A DNA stretch of 64,000 nucleotides from an uncultured Gammaproteobacteria bacterium (lineage in GTDB: Bacteria; Patescibacteriota; Microgenomatia; Daviesbacterales; UBA10151). The notes under the pieces are model-generated. The model worked only from the letters and a program-made list of their open reading frames with translations. It was not told the origin of the DNA and ran no database searches. Of this stretch, positions 28,466-37,919 are shown piece by piece. A program made the translations under genes and the position numbers. Position 1 is the stretch's first letter, and each line of letters starts with the position of its first letter. Location: the NCBI GenBank assembly GCA_964500725.1, contig CAZCNP010000001.1:138950-202949 (forward strand). The letters run 5' to 3'.

Positions 28466-29703
28466 TATTCCAGCAACTCTACAGCTTTATCCAACTGCGG
28501 GTCTTTGGTTGCATCTTCTTTGTCAGATTCTGTCACCGCAGGTGACTCTATTTTAACATCTGGTTCAAGACCTTGTATATCATTAACCCACCTGCCGTTA
28601 GGTGTTAACCACTTAGCTACAGTAATATGGATGCCTGTTCCTCCTGCTAAATCCTGGGCTTCTTGAATAGTCCCTTTTCCAAATGATTTTTCTCCTACAA
28701 GCTGTGCCCTGTCTCTATCCTGCAAAGCCCCTGCCACAATTTCTGAGGCTGATGCCGAACCTTTATTTATCAAACCAACCATTGGTATATTAATTAATTT
28801 TCCTACCCTGCTAGCTTTAAACGAGGCTTGTACACCCTCATTGTTTTCCTGTAAAACCACATTCCCTCCATTCAAAAATTCTGAGGCAATAAATACTGCG
28901 CCTTCCAAAAACCCGCCCGGGTTGTTTCTTAAATCCAGCACTACAGCATCAGAGTTTGCTGCAAGTAAACTCGAAACAGCCTCTTGCCATTCATCTTCTG
29001 TTCTCTCTCCAAAGCGGGATAATTTAATCACCGCGACTTTTTTACCAGAGGTTGTATCTTTGAAAAACACCTCTACACTTTTTACAATAATTGTATCCCG
29101 GGTAAGTGTAAATGATTTGGTATCTGCATCCCCTTCTCTAAAAATTGTTAGAGTAATATCAGTTCCTTTTGGCCCTCTGATTAAATTGACTGCCTCAGGC
29201 AAAGTAATATTAGCAGTTTCTTTATCATTGATTTTAACAATTTGATCACCAGGGGCAATACCAGCTTTTTGAGCAGGAGTGCCAGAGAGAGGCGCAATCA
29301 CTACTAATCTTTTTTCTTTATTAAATCCGAGCTGAATACCAACTCCTTCAAAGCTGCCATTTAACTCATCTTTAGTAAACTTTTGTTGCTCAGGTGGCAA
29401 AAAAACTGTATACGGATCTCCTAAAGCAGAAACCATCCCAGAGATAGCGCCATAATATAGCTTACTAGGATCTATTGCTTTTTTATCAACATACGAACGG
29501 TATAAAAGATCCCAGGTATCCCAAAATAGCTTAAAATCCAAATTAACCTGCTTAGGAGGCTGTTTATTAACAACAGAAATGGATGGTTTATAGGTAGCCC
29601 ACTTTATTTGGACATCTTTATGACCTAACTGCCACCCTAAAAGAAAAGCAAGTATTACTATTAAAACTGCTCTTGTATTTATTTCTCGGAGGGCTTGCTT
29701 CAT
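28465..29703 (-). CDS. ctp: S41 C-terminal processing peptidase
   Basis: PDZ plus S41 core (GLINKGSASASEIVAGALQD...GEKSFGKGTIQ). Confidence 0.85.
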   Translation of the reverse strand: MKQALREINTRAVLIVILAFLLGWQLGHKDVQIKWATYKPSISVVNKQPPKQVNLDFKLFWDTWDLLYRSYVDKKAIDPSKLYYGAISGMVSALGDPYTVFLPPEQQKFTKDELNGSFEGVGIQLGFNKEKRLVVIAPLSGTPAQKAGIAPGDQIVKINDKETANITLPEAVNLIRGPKGTDITLTIFREGDADTKSFTLTRDTIIVKSVEVFFKDTTSGKKVAVIKLSRFGERTEDEWQEAVSSLLAANSDAVVLDLRNNPGGFLEGAVFIASEFLNGGNVVLQENNEGVQASFKASRVGKLINIPMVGLINKGSASASEIVAGALQDRDRAQLVGEKSFGKGTIQEAQDLAGGTGIHITVAKWLTPNGRWVNDIQGLEPDVKIESPAVTESDKEDATKDPQLDKAVELLE

Positions 29704-29734
29704 AGAGTCCGCTTAGGAAATTACTGTGTAGACT

Positions 29735-30883
29735 TTACACTATTACCTCTAAGTTAGCAACTGGTACCTGGATCTTTTTAAAGCTTGTTTCAACCGTAGC
29801 AAGGTAAGTCTTAATTCCGGATGGCAATAACGTCACCGAGTCATCAATTGCCGCCAATTTACCCTGTCCTCCAAGGTAGTAATTTCCTATAATACGGACT
29901 CTCATCCCTATTGCTAGTTCTGCAACCTGCGCTGCATGATCCATTTCCAAAGTTGATCCGCTACTTTGCAGTGGAGGCAACCTGGTGCTTCTTATTTTTG
30001 TAAGACAGGCTGATAAAGAAGCAGGTAAATTAATTGAGGCTTTATTCCCGTCTAGAAAAACAAACTTACCTTCAAACTCTCTTAACACTTCAAAAATATC
30101 ACTGCCAATAGGTATTGTTCCAAAACCCTCACAAACTACGATGGAAATACCAATATCATTATCCAACTTTTTTGGGAAAACCAAACGTCCACTGGCCATT
30201 GCCTTGTACTCTTTAGCATTTAGACCACCAGAGATTATTCCGCTTACCCCAGATGAAATAGCTGCAGAAATAGTATCTTTAAAAAATAAACTTCCGCCAA
30301 CCAGTATTTGACCATCAAAATTAGTTTGAATAGTAGACTTAGCTATTAAATCATCCCTTTTGCCTAAAATATGTAAAATACCATCTCTCGGCCTGCCAGA
30401 ACCAAACAGTCCATAAATCCTACTAACCTGGGTGCGGATAACAACCAAGCCTTTCTGTTGATCAACTATCTCTACTATCCCATAAACTCCTGCAGGTAAA
30501 TCAAATCTTTTAGGAGAAAGAGAAATTTTGACTTCCCCTGTTTTATTGTTAAAAAAATCTAGGATTCCATCAGTAGGAGAAATTACTGCTTTTTTGCCTC
30601 CAAAGATTCCCCCTTTTTTTAATGCTAATAATTCCCCCTGATAAATCCTTTGGCCAACTGTTTTAATCATCAGCTTTTCTACTTCGTTAGGAGATACAGA
30701 AAGCAAGGTAGACAAATTTAGAGTCCTAAATCCGGAAGTTACTTCGGAACTACCGATAATTTCATCAGGAGTAACTTCTTGTCCAATAGAAACTCTCAAT
30801 ACTCCTTTGCCTTTTAAAGTACGGGTAACATAAGTTACTACATCTTTTTCTATTCTTACTCTGACAGGTACAAAATGTTTCAC
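29735..30883 (-). CDS. hypothetical protein co-transcribed with ctp/htrA
   Basis: 382 aa, Gly-rich beta-type sequence, no family recognised; 4-nt overlap with the upstream gene. Confidence 0.5.
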   Translation of the reverse strand: MKHFVPVRVRIEKDVVTYVTRTLKGKGVLRVSIGQEVTPDEIIGSSEVTSGFRTLNLSTLLSVSPNEVEKLMIKTVGQRIYQGELLALKKGGIFGGKKAVISPTDGILDFFNNKTGEVKISLSPKRFDLPAGVYGIVEIVDQQKGLVVIRTQVSRIYGLFGSGRPRDGILHILGKRDDLIAKSTIQTNFDGQILVGGSLFFKDTISAAISSGVSGIISGGLNAKEYKAMASGRLVFPKKLDNDIGISIVVCEGFGTIPIGSDIFEVLREFEGKFVFLDGNKASINLPASLSACLTKIRSTRLPPLQSSGSTLEMDHAAQVAELAIGMRVRIIGNYYLGGQGKLAAIDDSVTLLPSGIKTYLATVETSFKKIQVPVANLEVIV

Positions 30884-31557
30884 AGACTCCTCCCATCAAT
30901 TACGATTCCTAAATTTCCTCCATATACTTCAACAGCATTCTCATTCTTGCCTAAAACATGCCCATTTTGCAGCTTATATGCTATTTCACACCTATTGGCA
31001 GAACATGGCACTACTATAATATTTCCTTTGGTAATGCGATAGTTTTTTCCCAATAGCTTTAAATCCATTACTCCATCATTATTATTAAATTGTGCCATCA
31101 TAATCGATCCTACGATTTCATCTGTATCGTTTATTAAGACAACTGTCCATAAATCTTCAAAGGTATCTTCTTTCCTTCTATCGAGTAAAAGCGCATCTAT
31201 GAAAACTTGGGTAAGTACTGCTAGGTTTGGAGTAAAGTTTAAAAACTTCGCTGGAATCAAAACTTTCCTTAATACTATATTTAAAAAAGGATTATCCCCA
31301 AGCAAAGAGTTTTCTGGAGAATTTTCTCCCAGCCCAGGTTTCGGACCGTTTATTTTTAGAGCCTCCCTAAGAATTGCTAAATCCATCTGCATATCAAATT
31401 CTGTCTGGGGGAGTGTCTGAGGATATAAAATTTTATTAGCTAAATAATTTTCAACTTGGGGTATAGCAGGTACTGGCTTAAGCCAAGAAGCAACAGCTTC
31501 AGGCAGGATTTGATCTAAATTATCAAAGCTGTCAAAAAGACTGGATAACTTGGGCAT
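30880..31557 (-). CDS. hypothetical protein (first gene of the ctp/htrA operon)
   Basis: 225-aa ORF. Confidence 0.45.
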   Translation of the reverse strand: MPKLSSLFDSFDNLDQILPEAVASWLKPVPAIPQVENYLANKILYPQTLPQTEFDMQMDLAILREALKINGPKPGLGENSPENSLLGDNPFLNIVLRKVLIPAKFLNFTPNLAVLTQVFIDALLLDRRKEDTFEDLWTVVLINDTDEIVGSIMMAQFNNNDGVMDLKLLGKNYRITKGNIIVVPCSANRCEIAYKLQNGHVLGKNENAVEVYGGNLGIVIDGRSL

Positions 31558-31577
31558 AAATCTAGTGTACCACTAGA

Positions 31578-31650
31578 TAGTTCATAGTTGGTAGTAATTA
31601 GTTGGTAGTAATTAGTTGGTAGTAAATTTAATACTCTGAACTATGAACTA
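31578..31650. repeat. 11-bp inverted repeat (AGTTCATAGTT / AACTATGAACT) enclosing 3 tandem copies of GGTAGTAATTAGTT
   Basis: Read directly from the sequence, in the gap between the rpsR 3' end and the downstream operon. Confidence 0.6.
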
Positions 31651-31652
31651 AT

Positions 31653-31946
31653 TTACACCTTGGGGACAAAAGGAAGAAGAGCCAAGTGTCTGGCGTATTT
31701 GATATGTTTTGTTACTGCCCTTTGATGCCTGCTGCAAAGATTGCTTTTTAGCTTAGGCATAATTTTAGCTCTATCAGACAGAAAGCGTCGCAAGACCACT
31801 ACATCAGTATAGGATGGGCTAGTTTCACCCTGGCAAAAAACACAAGCCTTCCTAGACCTGCTTGTTGTAGGTTCTTCCACTTTTGTTACTTTTTCTTCTG
31901 TAACAGCTTTAGAAATTACTTTTCTAGTTATCTTTTTCTCAGCCAT
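31653..31946 (-). CDS. rpsR: 30S ribosomal protein S18 (with N-terminal extension)
   Basis: CVFCQ...VVLRRFLSDRAKI. Confidence 0.85.
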   Translation of the reverse strand: MAEKKITRKVISKAVTEEKVTKVEEPTTSRSRKACVFCQGETSPSYTDVVVLRRFLSDRAKIMPKLKSNLCSRHQRAVTKHIKYARHLALLPFVPKV

Positions 31947-31972
31947 AAGGAAGGATTATATCTTAAATTCAG

Positions 31973-32467
31973 TTAAAAAGGAAGATCATCTTTAACCTCT
32001 TCTTGAGGAGCTTTTTCTGGAGCTACTTCTTCAGCTTCTGCTTTTGTATCTTCTGCCTTTTTTTCTGCTGGCTTTGATTCCGCTTTTGCAGGCTCTGCAC
32101 TGATATCTTCAGGAGCTGGTTCCCCATTACCCTTTGGAGAAAGAATGATCATATCCTCTATAGTAATTTCTGCATCTCTTCTTTTTTGGCCATCTTGGCC
32201 TTCCCATTCACGATATTGCAAACGTCCAGAGATAAATACCTTCATCCCTTTTTTAAGGAATTGATTACAAATCTCTGCTAACTTATTCCAGGATACTAAT
32301 CTATGAAAATCAGTTTCTTCTTTTTTCTCACCATCAGAAGTAGTGTAATAACGATTTGTGGCAATGCCAAAAGTACAAACTGCGCTACCAGAAGGGGTAT
32401 ACCTAAGCTCTGGATCCCTTGTTAAATTACCTATCAACTCAATCCTATTCCATGATCTACTAGCCAT
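31973..32467 (-). CDS. ssb: single-stranded DNA-binding protein
   Basis: OB-fold N-terminus (RIELIGNLTRDPELRYTPSG) and an acidic C-terminal tail ending DDLPF. Confidence 0.9.
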   Translation of the reverse strand: MASRSWNRIELIGNLTRDPELRYTPSGSAVCTFGIATNRYYTTSDGEKKEETDFHRLVSWNKLAEICNQFLKKGMKVFISGRLQYREWEGQDGQKRRDAEITIEDMIILSPKGNGEPAPEDISAEPAKAESKPAEKKAEDTKAEAEEVAPEKAPQEEVKDDLPF

Positions 32468-32480
32468 ATTTACTCTTGTC

Positions 32481-32750
32481 CTATTTTCTGATCAACAAGT
32501 AACGAAGTATATCTTCTTCCAATCTCAAATTTTTGTCAAGAGCCTTGATAGTCTGAGGCTCAGCTTGTACCTCAAAGTGGGCATAGTAACCAGATGTCTG
32601 CCTCTTAATTGGGTAAGATAAAGGTTTTTGTCCCCAAAGATCCTCTTTCTCTACCTTATCAAAACTTTTTTTCATAGACTCTACAAGCTCCTTGCGAGCC
32701 TTTTCTTCTAAATCAGGTTTTAAAACCAAAGTTAAATAATAATTATTCAC
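32481..32750 (-). CDS. rpsF: 30S ribosomal protein S6
   Basis: MNNYYLTLVLKPDLEE...; classic rpsF-ssb-rpsR order. Confidence 0.85.
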   Translation of the reverse strand: MNNYYLTLVLKPDLEEKARKELVESMKKSFDKVEKEDLWGQKPLSYPIKRQTSGYYAHFEVQAEPQTIKALDKNLRLEEDILRYLLIRK

Positions 32751-32790
32751 AAAGGGAATTGTACAAGTAATAAGCTAAAAATACAACTCT

Positions 32791-32834
32791 CGGATATACT
32801 TGGCAATATTAGGCAATATCTGGTAATATTAGGT
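32791..32834. repeat. 2 x ~21-bp direct repeat (GGYAATATTAGGYAATATCTG) immediately upstream of the fic start
   Basis: GGCAATATTAGGCAATATCTG GTAATATTAGGTAATATCTGG, ending 10 nt before the ATG at 32848. Confidence 0.6.
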
Positions 32835-32847
32835 AATATCTGGAAAA

Positions 32848-33846
32848 ATGATGTTAATCCCTCCTAAATACATTTTAACTCCTAAAATTTCCCAATTATT
32901 ACAATCTATCGAAGGAAGCAAAGAGGTTATCGATTCAATCGCTATCCCAAAAGAGGTAGAACAAAATATTAGAAGACAATCTACTTTAAAAAGTTCTCTT
33001 TTTTCTGCCCGCATTGAGGGTAATACCTTAACACTGGATGAACTGCCCCACAGACCTTCCAAAGACCAAAAAAAACAAGAGGTTTTCAATATACTAAAAG
33101 CTTTAAACTGGATTTACCAAAGAAGGGCTAAGGATTTACAAGTTAAAGACATCCTAACTCTTCATTCGATGGTCATGGCAGGATTAATAGAAAAAAGTGA
33201 TTTAGCTCAATTCAGAACAGACCTGGGAGCAATCTTTAACTCTGCAGGGATTGCTGTCTATCTTCCACCGCGGCCTTCCCAAATCCTAAAACTCATAAAT
33301 CAATTAACCAATTTTTCCAATAGCTCAAAGGAGACTTTTGTGCCAATTAAAGCTTGCTTGTCTCATTATATATTTGAAAAAATACATCCATTCTTGGACG
33401 GCAATGGACGAGTTGGACGCTTGCTTTTACAACTTATTCTTGCCAAAGGGGGTTACGGAATGAAGGGTCTGCTTACTTTAGAAGAGTTCCTGGATAACCA
33501 CCGAAGCAACTATTACAAAACCTTGGAAGATTCACAAAAAGATGTATCAGATTATCTGGAATTTATGCTAGAGGCTATAGCAACATCTGCTCAGCAAATA
33601 AAACAGACAATTTTGCAGCAAGAAAAAGCAGAACCTGAAAGCTACCTTCTCCCCAGAAGAGCAGAGATTTTAAACATCATCCAAGATCATAAGCTTATTA
33701 ACTTTGATACTCTAAAAAGAAGATTTTTAGCTGTTAATGAAAGAACCTTAAGATACGACCTAAAAAAACTAGCCGACCAAGGCTTAATCAGAAAAAGAGG
33801 TACTACAAAAGGGGTCTACTATGAGGTTGAAGGTGAGAGTGATTAA
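32848..33846 (+). CDS. fic: Fic-family protein (AMPylator) with C-terminal winged-helix domain
   Basis: HPFLDGNGRVGR (HPFx[DE]GNGR); N-terminal SARIEGN matching the [ST]xxxE[GN] auto-inhibitory motif. Confidence 0.85.
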   Translation: MMLIPPKYILTPKISQLLQSIEGSKEVIDSIAIPKEVEQNIRRQSTLKSSLFSARIEGNTLTLDELPHRPSKDQKKQEVFNILKALNWIYQRRAKDLQVKDILTLHSMVMAGLIEKSDLAQFRTDLGAIFNSAGIAVYLPPRPSQILKLINQLTNFSNSSKETFVPIKACLSHYIFEKIHPFLDGNGRVGRLLLQLILAKGGYGMKGLLTLEEFLDNHRSNYYKTLEDSQKDVSDYLEFMLEAIATSAQQIKQTILQQEKAEPESYLLPRRAEILNIIQDHKLINFDTLKRRFLAVNERTLRYDLKKLADQGLIRKRGTTKGVYYEVEGESD

Positions 33847-33952
33847 CACAAGCTGTGCCAGAAACAACTGAGCAGAAAAAATCAGTACCCATATCTTATT
33901 TAACCCGTATATTTGATTTCTACTTCTCTAACTGCTAAAATTAGGCACGTTT

Positions 33953-34318
33953 ATGGAAAGAGATCATAAAGCACCCCAGGAAACGTTAGCGGATCACCTT
34001 AGAGCATTATCCAAACCACGATTTCTCCGCAGGTCCCTGAGGATGCCATCAGAAACTTTGGCAGATGCAGCAAGAAGAAGGGCTAATGGAGGTGAAATAT
34101 CAGCTACCGCCACTTTATTACAACATGCTGTTGAGCTAAGCGATCCGCAAAAACTGGCAATTCTTATTCAAGCCTATGATAAACTAGCCGATCGATACCT
34201 GGAACAAGCTCTTCTATACGAAGAACAAGGCTTGCTATATGTTGCAAGAGGGTGGCAGTATGAGGCAATAAGAATCCGCAATCAACGAACACGATTAGGA
34301 GATCTCTCTATTGCTTAG
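33953..34318 (+). CDS. hypothetical protein (higher-GC block)
   Basis: 121-aa ORF; Arg/Ala-rich, with composition like the adjacent 776-aa gene. Confidence 0.35.
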   Translation: MERDHKAPQETLADHLRALSKPRFLRRSLRMPSETLADAARRRANGGEISATATLLQHAVELSDPQKLAILIQAYDKLADRYLEQALLYEEQGLLYVARGWQYEAIRIRNQRTRLGDLSIA

Positions 34319-34348
34319 GCACTCATCAAAAACCCGACTATATCTCCA

Positions 34349-36679
34349 TCAGTGACACAACTGAGTACCGGAATCAGTAAAGGTTTTTCCTGCCTCGGGG
34401 ATAAACTGCCAGTTGAAACTATCCGGATGAAGAGTAAGTTTAAGCACACCGAACGTATCATCATTTCCTATATCGCTATTTTGTATAAAGGCTCCTGGGA
34501 AAGGATAATGATTTTTCCCGCCAGTACCCACAACAAATTCACGAATGCCTTTAAGAGGATCATAACCTCCGCTTGGATTTTGAGGAGCAAACCGTTCGTA
34601 ATTATGGTCGTGACCATTTAAAACCACATCAACTCCATTATCATATAAGGCTTGCCAAATCGGCTGCATAGATGTATAACTGCCGTGTTGTCCGGAACTA
34701 AATCTGGGATGATGCCAATATGCAGCCTGGCAAAGACCAGGGTGAGCAGCCAGGTCAGCCCTGACCCAACTCTCTTGCGGCGAGCCCGCGCCACAACCCC
34801 CTACTTTGGAACAGTTACTATTGATAACCAAAATATGCCAAGATCCAAGGTTATAGCTATAATACCCTTTTGCAGGATCACCCGCAGCAGCGCCAAAATA
34901 ATTAAAATATCCTGAAGCGCCGGTGGTCAAATATTCATGATTGCCAACAGCCGGTTTAGTTTTATCTTTGAACTGACCCCATGATGGATTGTAACAATTT
35001 GCAAATTCAAGCGCAGTTCCGGAATCATATACACTATCACCTGCAGTAAATACTAAACCAGAAGCTCCTCCTGCAAAAATAGAATTTAAAAGTTTAGCTG
35101 TTTGCTCATCGCCGGAGCTAGAACAGGAAGCAATATCACCGGCTCCAACTAATATAGGATCAACCCCTCCCACAGGTGTTGAACTTGGGGCAGGCGTAAC
35201 AGTAGAAGTTGGTGTAGCAAGCACTACCCCATCATTATGCAAAGCATCAAGAAATGAACCATACGAAGCAGTGCTCCACTCACGAGCACTCTCTACTATT
35301 GATCCCTCTCCCCATTCATTAAAAGTTGTAATAAGTTGCCAGGGTGCATTAGAGGCTAACATATTTTGAATGTTTTGTGCCCATCGCGCCAAATCACGTG
35401 TAAGTCTTGCTGACTCACCAACTTTCCAAAAACCAGGGCTGATGGAAAAACTGTATCCTGTCTGGGAATCTTCAGCTACTGCCGGCCCATATTGATGCCA
35501 CCCATCAGGCTGGCTTGCACAAGTTTTATAACCGCTGAATACTTTTAAAACTATATGTGCATTTACTGTATTTGCCTGGGCCCAGCGGTCTGCCATTGCG
35601 CAATTATCAGCCGGGTCAGCATAGGCAAAAACTACAAACCGCCCCCCAATCTTAAGATAACTAGGATCACTGCTATAATGATCACGGATATAAATAAGAT
35701 CATTTTGTATTTGAGTTGCTGTGGGATTTCCCTGTCCTTCTGGCTCATAATAAATGCTCCATAAAAATCCTGTACCAGCACTTGCCTGTAGAATTGTAGG
35801 CATCCGGTTATCAGTATTTGTTCCCCGACCCCACCAAGATGCTATCCCAGCTTGAATCTTCCCATACTTCATAGCAGCGATTTGCTGTTTTAGTATAACC
35901 TGGTCACCTAGATCATAAAAACCTAAACTGGGATTAAAGTTGGTATAAGGATAAATTTCTTGTTGAGTCCAGGCTTGCGGAAACCAAGGATAATAGAATG
36001 CAGCCCTAATTGGGAATACTAACTCTCCTGCTGGAGCCAGTGTTACCGTTGGTGTTGGCGTCGGTGTAGGGGTCGGACCTGAGTAAGTTGGAACTGGTGT
36101 TGGAGTAGAAACAGTCGTTGAGTCAACGGAAGTTTCAATAACCAGTTGTGGAGTATTTATACCTGATTCACGGCTTGCTAAATTGATCTGGGTAGGCCCA
36201 TCAGTTGAAAGTCCTAAACTTAATAAACCATTACCTTCTACAAGTGGTGTTACATCAATACTGGTCCAAGCACCTTTAGCAAAAGCGCCTGATGCGCCCG
36301 TCATCACCCCAGATATCTTTGGAGCATTTGAGTAAGTGATAGTTGATTCTTTCCAGCTATTATCTGCAACTCCCCAAACTTTATAGCCAAAATATCCATT
36401 GCTTCCAGCATAAATTCTTAAAGTAGCGCGCAAGACAGTACCAGTCAGATTTTGAATGTTAAAACGTATGTAACTATGCAGAACCGGCGAACCATCAACT
36501 CTAATTGCTGTTCTATTACCGAAGTTATTGTTTGGATATGACTCATTTACATAAGCATCAGCAACTGAAGTAAACGTTGTTGTTTGAGCTGCAGCCATTG
36601 TCACAATTGGTTTACGCGGGATAATCAGTAAGAATAAACCTAAAAATACTAAAAGAAGATTTCTTTTTGAGTAAATCAT
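34349..36679 (-). CDS. secreted multi-domain protein: DNRLRE-like beta-sandwich + putative glycoside-hydrolase-like domain + calcineurin-like metallophosphoesterase
   Basis: Signal peptide. N-terminal DAYVNESYPNNNFGN...LRATLRIYA (DNRLRE-type). Central AAFYYPWF...FNEWGEGS (GH99-like, tentative). C-terminal GDIASCS...GDSVYDSGT...GNHEY...GHDHNYER metallophosphatase motifs. GC visibly higher than its neighbours. Confidence 0.7.
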   Translation of the reverse strand: MIYSKRNLLLVFLGLFLLIIPRKPIVTMAAAQTTTFTSVADAYVNESYPNNNFGNRTAIRVDGSPVLHSYIRFNIQNLTGTVLRATLRIYAGSNGYFGYKVWGVADNSWKESTITYSNAPKISGVMTGASGAFAKGAWTSIDVTPLVEGNGLLSLGLSTDGPTQINLASRESGINTPQLVIETSVDSTTVSTPTPVPTYSGPTPTPTPTPTVTLAPAGELVFPIRAAFYYPWFPQAWTQQEIYPYTNFNPSLGFYDLGDQVILKQQIAAMKYGKIQAGIASWWGRGTNTDNRMPTILQASAGTGFLWSIYYEPEGQGNPTATQIQNDLIYIRDHYSSDPSYLKIGGRFVVFAYADPADNCAMADRWAQANTVNAHIVLKVFSGYKTCASQPDGWHQYGPAVAEDSQTGYSFSISPGFWKVGESARLTRDLARWAQNIQNMLASNAPWQLITTFNEWGEGSIVESAREWSTASYGSFLDALHNDGVVLATPTSTVTPAPSSTPVGGVDPILVGAGDIASCSSSGDEQTAKLLNSIFAGGASGLVFTAGDSVYDSGTALEFANCYNPSWGQFKDKTKPAVGNHEYLTTGASGYFNYFGAAAGDPAKGYYSYNLGSWHILVINSNCSKVGGCGAGSPQESWVRADLAAHPGLCQAAYWHHPRFSSGQHGSYTSMQPIWQALYDNGVDVVLNGHDHNYERFAPQNPSGGYDPLKGIREFVVGTGGKNHYPFPGAFIQNSDIGNDDTFGVLKLTLHPDSFNWQFIPEAGKTFTDSGTQLCH

Positions 36680-36792
36680 CAGTTAAGTGAAAATTACTTA
36701 GCCTGGTCTAAAATTTTGGAACAGGCAGTTGTAGGAGTGGCAGTCTAACAAAACATTAACTAATATGTCAAGATGTCAAGCAGCTTAAACTT

Positions 36793-37890
36793 TCAATTTC
36801 CAATCAAAAATTCTACAACATCACCATCCTGCATAATATAATCTTTACCTTCAGTTCTAACCCAACCTTTTTGTTTAGCCATAGTATGTGATCCTGCTTC
36901 TATTAATTTTCCATACTCTATTACCTCAGCTCTAATAAACTTCTTTTCAAAATCAGTATGGATTACTCCAGCTGCTTGCGGGGCTTTAGCTCCTTTTTGA
37001 GTTGTCCAAGCCCTCACTTCTTTCTTGCCAGCAGTTAAGAAGGAAATTAAACCAAGTAATCCATAAGCTTTAGCAATCAATCTTTCCAGACCTGTTTGTT
37101 CAATGCCAGCATCTTTAAGATATTCCAACCTTTCATCTTCAGATAAATCAGCTAGCTCTTCTTCAAGTCTTGCACAAATCACCATTTTGTTCTGCTCTGC
37201 TTCTGAATTTAATCTTTGAGCATATTCTTCTTCTCCAACATTATATGTATACAAAACAGGTTTAATAGAAAGTAAGGGTAAAGTTTTAAACCATTTTTTT
37301 AGTCTTTCATCCCCCACTTCATATTTTCCTGGAACCCTACCAGCATCCAACTCTTCTTTAATTTTATTTAAAATTTCTAATTTTTCCTGCTCTAAAATAT
37401 CTTTGGAAGCTTTAACTAAATTTTGTTGAGCTGGAATTAACTTTTCTAAAGTCTGTATATCTGCCAAACCTAATTCTGTTTCAATAGTTAATCTATCAGA
37501 ATCAGGATTTTCTGAACCCTCCCTAACAATATTAGGATCAGCGAAGTCTCGCAGAACATGAACGATTGCATCAACTTCCCTAATATGAGAAAGAAACTGG
37601 TTACCCAGTCCTGCTCCAGTTGCAGCACCCTTTACTAGCCCTGCAATATCTACAAATTCCACTACAGCTGGCACTATCGGTGGAAATCCGCCCATTTTTT
37701 CCTCTTCTTTTACTATCTGTGCTAATCCTTCCAGACGATAGTCTGGCACAGCTACTACTCCCACATTTGATTCAACTGTAGCAAAAGGATAATTGGCACT
37801 CAAAGCCACCCTCTTTTTTAAGAGAGCATTAAAAAGAGTGCTTTTCCCCACATTTGGTAATCCAACTATTCCACATTTTAAAGATGACAT
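36793..37890 (-). CDS. ychF: ribosome-binding ATPase YchF (Obg-family GTPase)
   Basis: GIVGLPNVGKSTLFNALL G1 motif; TGS-like C-terminus; 365 aa. Confidence 0.9.
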   Translation of the reverse strand: MSSLKCGIVGLPNVGKSTLFNALLKKRVALSANYPFATVESNVGVVAVPDYRLEGLAQIVKEEEKMGGFPPIVPAVVEFVDIAGLVKGAATGAGLGNQFLSHIREVDAIVHVLRDFADPNIVREGSENPDSDRLTIETELGLADIQTLEKLIPAQQNLVKASKDILEQEKLEILNKIKEELDAGRVPGKYEVGDERLKKWFKTLPLLSIKPVLYTYNVGEEEYAQRLNSEAEQNKMVICARLEEELADLSEDERLEYLKDAGIEQTGLERLIAKAYGLLGLISFLTAGKKEVRAWTTQKGAKAPQAAGVIHTDFEKKFIRAEVIEYGKLIEAGSHTMAKQKGWVRTEGKDYIMQDGDVVEFLIGN

Positions 37891-37919
37891 GAAGAAATTA
37901 TATCAAAGAAGAAACAATT

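Noticed and set aside
33953-36679. Second mobile element suggested by the higher-GC block
   Set aside because: No integrase, att-like repeats, tRNA or split gene at its borders. Reported as a compositional island only.
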